64,000 bases of DNA. Source: Actinomycetes bacterium (GTDB taxonomy: Bacteria; Actinomycetota; Humimicrobiia; JAHJRV01). Shown in pieces: positions 58,143 through 64,000 of this stretch. The notes beneath the pieces are model-generated. The model was not told where the DNA came from and did not search any database. It saw only the letters and a program-made list of their open reading frames with translations. The stretch spans positions 1,214-65,213 of the forward strand of contig JAGMBY010000053.1 in assembly GCA_023129485.1 (NCBI GenBank). The letters are read 5' to 3'. Positions within the stretch are counted from its first letter, which is position 1. Each line of letters starts with the position of its first letter. A program made the translations under genes and the position numbers.

Positions 58143-58964
58143 ATGTCCAGTATACCTTTAGGAATAATAGCTCCTCATCCTCCAATTATTATACCACCTA
58201 TTGGGGGAGAATATGAGCTAAAACAGGTAGAAAACACAATTAATTCTTTAAAGAGCTTAAAAGAAGATATAAAAAATATAGGTCCGGATTTATTAATTAT
58301 AATCTCACCCCATAGCCCAGCATTCAAAGATTCTTATGCAATTAAAAAAAGTCATATTTTAAGTGGAAGCTTATTAAATTTTGGATATCCGAAAATTTCA
58401 ATTGAGATGAAAAATGATACTGGATTTGTAGAATCCCTAGTTAATAATATGGAAAAAAAATCAATTAATGTAGTAAAAATGGATGAAAAGGAAGGACTTT
58501 TTTACAATCAAATTAAACTGGATCATGGAGTAATAGTTCCTCTTTATTATCTAGTTGATGAAAATAAATACAAATTAGTTAGTTTATCTATATCTTTTTT
58601 AGATTATAAAAATCATTATAAATTTGGAAAAGTAATTAAAGATACAGTTGAAGAAACTGGAAAAACTGCAGTTTTTATCGCTAGTGGTGATTTATCTCAT
58701 AGATTAAAACCTGGGGCACCAGCAGGATTTCACCCAAGAGGTGAAGAATTTGACAAAAAAATAGTTGAAATAATAAGTAGTTCAGATCTTGAAGAACTTT
58801 TCAAATTAGATAGTGGATTAATTGATGATGCAGGGGAGTGTGGTCTACGGTCAATATTTGTCTTAGCTGGTTGTTTTGATGGAAAAAATGTAGAAGCTAA
58901 AGTTCTATCATATGAAGGACCTTTTGGGGTAGGTTATATGGTAGCAGAAATTATACCTATATAA
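58143..58964 (+). CDS. Memo-like protein (LigB/Memo superfamily; AmmeMemoRadiSam system protein B type)
   Basis: Alignable to MEMO1 landmarks: IIAPHPP (IIAPHAGY), IISPHSP (ILGPSH), ASGDLSHRL (SSDFCHWG), ECGLRSIFVLAG (ICGRHPIGVLL). Confidence 0.65.
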   Translation: MSSIPLGIIAPHPPIIIPPIGGEYELKQVENTINSLKSLKEDIKNIGPDLLIIISPHSPAFKDSYAIKKSHILSGSLLNFGYPKISIEMKNDTGFVESLVNNMEKKSINVVKMDEKEGLFYNQIKLDHGVIVPLYYLVDENKYKLVSLSISFLDYKNHYKFGKVIKDTVEETGKTAVFIASGDLSHRLKPGAPAGFHPRGEEFDKKIVEIISSSDLEELFKLDSGLIDDAGECGLRSIFVLAGCFDGKNVEAKVLSYEGPFGVGYMVAEIIPI

Positions 58965-59018
58965 TGAATAATAAGTAGTATTTTAAAAATAATTTTTATA
59001 ATTATAAAAAAGGAAAAA

Positions 59019-59525
59019 ATGGATAAATATGTTGAACTTGCTAGAAAAACAGTTGAAAAATATATAAGAGAAAGCAAAATTTTATCAAATGAGGAGATTC
59101 CCGAAGAATTAACTAAAGAAAAAGCAGGTGTTTTCGTTTCTATAAAAAAGAAAGGTGAACTAAGAGGTTGTATTGGAACAATTTATCCTACAAAGAATAA
59201 TATAGGTGAAGAGATTATAACTAATGCAATTTCATCTTCCACAAGAGATCCTCGCTTTTCTCCAGTTAGAAAAAAAGAATTGGAATTTTTGACTTATAGT
59301 GTTGATGTTTTAAGCAATCCGGAAAAAATAGAAAATATATCACAACTTGATCCCAAGAAATATGGAGTTATAGTTGAATCAGGTTATAGAAAAGGATTAT
59401 TACTTCCGGATCTTGAAGGAGTGGATACACCTGAAATTCAGGTGGATATTGCAAAAAGAAAAGCTGGTATATTCCCTGGTGAGGATTTTGAAATGTATCG
59501 CTTCATAGTTACTCGACATAAATAA
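59019..59525 (+). CDS. AMMECR1 domain protein (AmmeMemoRadiSam system protein A type)
   Basis: AMMECR1 motif LRGCIGT and C-terminal GLLLP. 168 aa. Confidence 0.8.
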   Translation: MDKYVELARKTVEKYIRESKILSNEEIPEELTKEKAGVFVSIKKKGELRGCIGTIYPTKNNIGEEIITNAISSSTRDPRFSPVRKKELEFLTYSVDVLSNPEKIENISQLDPKKYGVIVESGYRKGLLLPDLEGVDTPEIQVDIAKRKAGIFPGEDFEMYRFIVTRHK

Positions 59526-59672
59526 GCTTTTATTGTTAATTTTAATTTCTTTATATAGTAATTTACATATCATCAAAAAGCTATTTCAGTGATTAAGAGA
59601 TTCTTGTAAAATTTTTATAAAATCCATAATAAGATTCAAATTTTTTAAAATTTCTATTATTGGATAATAAAA

Positions 59673-60614
59673 ATGGTTAAAAAGAATAAAAAAAATAAGT
59701 TAATTGCACTTGTTGGACCTACAGGTATTGGAAAGACAAGAGTATCTATTGAACTTACGAAGATTATAAATGCAGAAATAGTATCTGCTGATTCTATGCA
59801 AATATATATTGGAATGGATATTGGTACTTCAAAGCCGTCAATTAACCAAAGAAAGGAAGTCCCTCATCATATGATAGATATTTGTAACCCTGATCATATA
59901 ATGACTGTTGCTGAATTCCAGGGATTAGCAAGAAGATGTATTGCTGATATTTCAAATAGGGGTAGGACACCATTTTTAGTTGGTGGTTCTGGGTTATATA
60001 TTAGAGCAGTAATTGATGATTTAAATTTTGCTAAGAATATAATCAGTGAAGTGGAAAAAATAAAATTAAGAAAGAGAGTAAAAGAAGAGGGCTCAGAATC
60101 CTTATATAATGAATTGATTAAAATAGACGAAGAATATGCTAAAAAAATTAGTTCCAGGGATGTAAAAAGAATAATAAGAGCTTTGGAGGTATATTATGTT
60201 TCTGGAACAAAATTCTCGTCTTTTCAAAAGAAATGGGATGAGAGAAAGTCTATTTATGATTTAACTATAATTGGGTTAAATAAGGACAGAAATGAACTCT
60301 ATAATAATATTGAAAAAAGAGTAGATGATATGATTGATTTAGGGCTCTTTGACGAGGTTAAAGAATTAATGGAAAAAGGATATAGTGAAAGCTTAGCCCT
60401 AAAACAAGCAATAGGTTATCAAGAGATACTGTCTTTTTATGATGGTAAATTGAGCAGGAAAGAAGCTATAGATCTTATAAAGAAAAACACAAGAAATTTC
60501 GCCAAAAGACAATTAACATGGTTAAGAGCTGATCCAAGAGTAAAATGGGTTTTTATAAATAAAGATGAAAAATCTGATAATATAATTAAAAGAATAATCA
60601 ATATTATTTTTTAA
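59673..60614 (+). CDS. miaA: tRNA dimethylallyltransferase MiaA
   Basis: P-loop GPTGIGKT plus the DSMQIY and LVGGSGLY motifs. Confidence 0.9.
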   Translation: MVKKNKKNKLIALVGPTGIGKTRVSIELTKIINAEIVSADSMQIYIGMDIGTSKPSINQRKEVPHHMIDICNPDHIMTVAEFQGLARRCIADISNRGRTPFLVGGSGLYIRAVIDDLNFAKNIISEVEKIKLRKRVKEEGSESLYNELIKIDEEYAKKISSRDVKRIIRALEVYYVSGTKFSSFQKKWDERKSIYDLTIIGLNKDRNELYNNIEKRVDDMIDLGLFDEVKELMEKGYSESLALKQAIGYQEILSFYDGKLSRKEAIDLIKKNTRNFAKRQLTWLRADPRVKWVFINKDEKSDNIIKRIINIIF

Positions 60615-60808
60615 ATAATTAACACTATCTTTTTAATAATTGATATTATGTTTTGAAATAATAATCATTTAATTCTAAGTAGTGTAAATTTTTTTTATGT
60701 AATTTAAAATAATTTAGAATGGATTTTTTTAAATAATAAGAATAATAATTGTATAAATAATTGAAAAACAGATAGTAAATGCAATAATTTTTATAAGAGG
60801 TGTAAAAA

Positions 60809-61675
60809 TTGAAGTTTATAAAGATGCATGCATTAGGAAATGATTATATTATTTTTAATTCATTATTTGAAGTAAATGACGTCCCACCACATCTTATAAA
60901 AAATGTTTGTGAAAGACATTATGGAATTGGGGCAGATGGGGTAATTATTTTACTTCCATCTGATAAAACAAAATTTAAAGCAACTATATATAATTCTGAT
61001 GGTTCAGAAGCAGAAATTAGTGGTAATGGCATTAGATGTTTAGGTAGATACATTTATGATTTAGGAATTTTAAGAAAGAAAAATTTCTCAATAGAAACCT
61101 TGGCTGGAGTAAAAGAAATAACAATTACTGAAAACAAAGGTTTAGTTGATAAAATTAGCGTTAATATGGGTAAACCAGAATTCAAAAGGGAAAAGATTCC
61201 CATGAAAGGGAAGATGGGAGATCCTCTAAATGAAGAAATTATAGTTGGTGAGAATCAGAAGATATTGGCATCATGTCTTTCTATCGGCAATCCACATTGT
61301 GTAATATGGGTAGATGACATAAAAAAAGCCCCAGTTAAGATATTAGGTTTTAAACTGGAGAGACATGAAATTTTTCCAAATAATACAAATGTTGAATTTG
61401 TAAAAGTAAAAAATAAAAATGAGATTTTTGTTAGAACTTGGGAGAGAGGAGTAGGTGAAACCGAATCATGCGGAACAGGAGCTTGCGCAGCAGTTGTTGT
61501 ATCGGTTTTAAAAAATAAAACAAAAAGAAAAGTAAATGTTTCTCTTTTAGGTGGAAATTTAGAAGTATTGTGGAGAGAGAAAGATGAAAATATTATTTTA
61601 ACTGGTAAAGTTGATTACGTTTACAAGGGAAGGCTTTCTGATAGTTGGCTCCTATCTCAATATGAAAGAGATTAA
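60809..61675 (+). CDS. dapF: Diaminopimelate epimerase
   Basis: Motifs MHALGNDYIIF and NSDGSEAEISGNGIRC, with the second catalytic Cys in ESCGTGACA. TTG start. Confidence 0.9.
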   Translation: MKFIKMHALGNDYIIFNSLFEVNDVPPHLIKNVCERHYGIGADGVIILLPSDKTKFKATIYNSDGSEAEISGNGIRCLGRYIYDLGILRKKNFSIETLAGVKEITITENKGLVDKISVNMGKPEFKREKIPMKGKMGDPLNEEIIVGENQKILASCLSIGNPHCVIWVDDIKKAPVKILGFKLERHEIFPNNTNVEFVKVKNKNEIFVRTWERGVGETESCGTGACAAVVVSVLKNKTKRKVNVSLLGGNLEVLWREKDENIILTGKVDYVYKGRLSDSWLLSQYERD

Positions 61676-61830
61676 ATTAGATTAGATTAGATTAGGTAAA
61701 ATATATTAGATAAATTAATATTTTTATAAAAGCCAAGATAAAAATTTAATAAGGAGTAAGATTAAAAATTAAAAATTCAATTGAAAAAAATAAAAAGATA
61801 GTCATAGAACCTCAGGAAAAAGCTATTTTA

Positions 61831-63072
61831 GTGGGAATAAAACTTCCTTATCAGACACTAGATCAAGTTAAAGAATCACTAAAGGAACTTGCTAATTTAG
61901 CACTCACATCAGGTGCAGAAGTATTAGGTGAATTAGTACAGATAAGAAATAGATACGATTCAAGATATCTTATAGGTCTTGGTAAAGTTGAAGAATTAGC
62001 AGAAACAGTTAATGTACTAAATGCAAATATGGTTATTTTTGATGATGAGCTTACATCCTCTCAACAGGATAAATTAAATAGGAAAATTGGAGTTAAGGTA
62101 ATAGATAGAACAGCTTTAATTTTAGATATATTTAGTCAACATGCTAATAGTTATGAGGGTAAACTACAGGTTGAGTTAGCACAATTAAATTATTTACTAC
62201 CTAGACTTAAAGGTAGAGGAATAGAGATGTCAAGATTAGGAGGAGGGATAGGAACAAGGGGGCCTGGTGAAACAAAATTAGAATATGATAGAAGAAGAAT
62301 GCAAAAAAGAATAAATTCATTAAAAAAAGAAATAAATAATTTAAAAGTTCATAGAGAAGTACAAAGGCATGGAAGGAAAAGAAAAAAAATTCCGTTAGTT
62401 TCATTGGTTGGATATACAAATTCAGGAAAATCAACACTTTTAAATCTTTTATGTAATGCTAATGTTGAAGTTAATAATAAATTATTCGTGACTTTGGACA
62501 CAATAATCAGAAGAAGAGAATTAGAAGGGGGAAGAGTAATATTGTTTTCTGATACTGTTGGCTTTATAAGAAAATTACCCCATCAAATTGTGGCTTCCTT
62601 TAGATCTACACTTGAAGAGGTTAAACAAGCTGATATATTACTTCATATAATTGATTCTAATCATCCTAATATGGAGGAACAAATAGAAACAGTTAACAAA
62701 GTTTTAGAGGAAATTGGTGCAAAAAATAATAATATTCTCATGGTATTTAACAAAATTGACCTTCTTGAAAGATTAGAACTAAATAGACTAAAGCGTAAAT
62801 ATCCAGAAGGTGTATTTATATCTGCATTAAAAGGTGATGGAATAAATAATTTATTTAACGGGATAATAGAAATTATTGATAGAAATACTGTCGAAATAAT
62901 TGTATCAATCCCTTACAAAAACTCAAACATTATTTCTTATCTTCATGAATTAGGAGAAGTGAAAGAAGAAAAATATCTTGAAGACTCTATTAAGGTAAAA
63001 GTGCTTATCCCAAAACATAGCTTACAAAAAATTGAATCTCTCAGTATTGATAAAATAATAGTAGCAAATTAA
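61831..63072 (+). CDS. hflX: GTPase HflX
   Basis: HflX N domain, G1 GYTNSGKST, G3 DTVGF, G4 NKID. The frame is open upstream to 61753 right after AAGGAG, so the real start may be a non-canonical codon before the GTG at 61831. Confidence 0.85.
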   Translation: MGIKLPYQTLDQVKESLKELANLALTSGAEVLGELVQIRNRYDSRYLIGLGKVEELAETVNVLNANMVIFDDELTSSQQDKLNRKIGVKVIDRTALILDIFSQHANSYEGKLQVELAQLNYLLPRLKGRGIEMSRLGGGIGTRGPGETKLEYDRRRMQKRINSLKKEINNLKVHREVQRHGRKRKKIPLVSLVGYTNSGKSTLLNLLCNANVEVNNKLFVTLDTIIRRRELEGGRVILFSDTVGFIRKLPHQIVASFRSTLEEVKQADILLHIIDSNHPNMEEQIETVNKVLEEIGAKNNNILMVFNKIDLLERLELNRLKRKYPEGVFISALKGDGINNLFNGIIEIIDRNTVEIIVSIPYKNSNIISYLHELGEVKEEKYLEDSIKVKVLIPKHSLQKIESLSIDKIIVAN

Positions 63073-63086
63073 ATTAGATGATTTAA

Positions 63087-63710
63087 TTATATTCTTCGTA
63101 TTAATGCAATAACCTTACCTAAGATTTTAACTTCGGTTAGAATTATTGGTTCCATAAAGTCATTTTCTGGTTGTAGTCGCACTTTTCCATCCTCTTTGAA
63201 GAATCTTTTCACAGTAGCTTCATCTTCTAACAATGCGATTACAATATCTCCATTCTCAGCCATGCTTTGTCTTTTTGCTATCAATAAATCATCAGGTTTA
63301 ATTGCAGCATTTATCATGCTTTCACCTTTTACTTTTAGCATGAAGACATCTTTAGAACCAACAAAATCGATTGGAAGTGGGAAATATTCAGTAATATTTT
63401 GTTCAGCTAAAAGTGGTGTTCCAGCTGCAATTTTTCCTACAATTGGAACCGGAAAAAAATTCTTCCTTAAAATTCCTCTATATTTCTTAGAGGGATAGGT
63501 TATTTCAATTGCTCTTGGTTTAAAAGGATCTCTTCTTATATAATCTTTCTCTTTTAATTTATCTAAATGACTCTGAACCGTTGCGGGTGATCTAAGTCCC
63601 ATAGCTTTACCTATTTCCCTAACTGATGGGGGATAACCATTTCTTATAGTAAATTTCTCAATAAAATTCAAAATTTGCTTTTGTCTTTTTGTAAGTCTTT
63701 CCTCAATCAT
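63087..63710 (-). CDS. lexA: LexA repressor (SOS regulator, S24 peptidase)
   Basis: N-terminal winged HTH (LTKRQKQILNFI, PSVREIG), autocleavage and Ser-Lys dyad region (GESM...AKRQ). AAGGAG RBS 7 nt before the ATG. Confidence 0.95.
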   Translation of the reverse strand: MIEERLTKRQKQILNFIEKFTIRNGYPPSVREIGKAMGLRSPATVQSHLDKLKEKDYIRRDPFKPRAIEITYPSKKYRGILRKNFFPVPIVGKIAAGTPLLAEQNITEYFPLPIDFVGSKDVFMLKVKGESMINAAIKPDDLLIAKRQSMAENGDIVIALLEDEATVKRFFKEDGKVRLQPENDFMEPIILTEVKILGKVIALIRRI

Positions 63711-63827
63711 GAAAATTCTCCTTATTTAATTAAAATGAATTTCAATATAACTAACATTATTTATGTTATTTATTATAAAAATTAACAACATTTTAGTATA
63801 ATATAGCACAAATTTTATAAAAAAGCA

Positions 63828-63841
63828 AACATGAGTTCGAC
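63828..63841 (-). promoter_or_regulatory. Candidate LexA box GAACTCATGTTTGC (lexA-strand orientation) about 120 bp upstream of lexA
   Basis: Same GAACTCATGT 10-mer as upstream of recA. Overlaps a plausible -35 (TTTGCT) of a TGcTATATT extended -10 promoter on the minus strand. Confidence 0.4.
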
Positions 63842-64000
63842 AACTAATATTTTGTTTAATTTTTAATTTTCTGTTAAAATCTCTCAAATAAAAATAATTA
63901 AAATGAAATAATATTTAGGATATATAATTAAAAAATTAATTAATATTCAAATTTAGCAAGAAATACCATTATTTTAAGAGTTGAATTATTTATAATTAAA

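Noticed and set aside
1-64000. CRISPR arrays, tRNA/rRNA genes, prophage or transposon genes
   Set aside because: No regularly spaced direct repeats and no tRNA-like T-arm sequence (GTTCGAATCC-type). No rRNA-like conserved stretches, and no integrase, transposase or phage structural genes were found. The only repeats are the palindrome family and short local duplications.

Overview
This is a low-GC (roughly 30% GC) bacterial chromosomal segment, with lysine/isoleucine/glutamate-rich proteins and Firmicutes-like gene order. About 60 CDS are almost all co-directional on the + strand. In order: the tail of a dcw cluster (ftsZ-yggS-sepF-proC-divIVA); a type-2 ileS; lspA-lgt-rluD; DUF211-VIT1-membrane protein; mIHF-like-gmk-rpoZ-priA-def-fmt-rpe; an FMN riboswitch followed by ribD-ribE-ribBA-ribH; rbfA-nrnA-truB-ribF-rpsO-pnp-M16 peptidase-dapB-lysC-dapA-ftsK; an inverted two-gene module (DUF362/ferredoxin plus SPL-like radical SAM); rimO-pgsA-cinA-thpR-recA-recX; a structured leader (candidate Moco riboswitch) followed by tupABC-moaA-moaC; rny-spoVS; PHP, miaB, Memo-like, AMMECR1, miaA, dapF, hflX; and a divergent lexA. 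There are no rRNA or tRNA genes, CRISPR arrays, integrases or transposases. The most notable non-genic signal is a family of about 55-90 nt imperfect palindromic repeats in five co-oriented intergenic copies. These show compensatory base changes, a conserved bulge, G-U-compatible substitutions and one copy with a GC-rich hairpin insertion. Other points: several genes (rny, tupA, hflX) appear to start at non-ATG/GTG/TTG codons; a roughly 510 bp ORF-free element bounded by an 11-bp inverted repeat overlaps a terminator just upstream of rny; a PNPase with duplicated KH domains; and a Memo-AMMECR1 pair between miaB and miaA.
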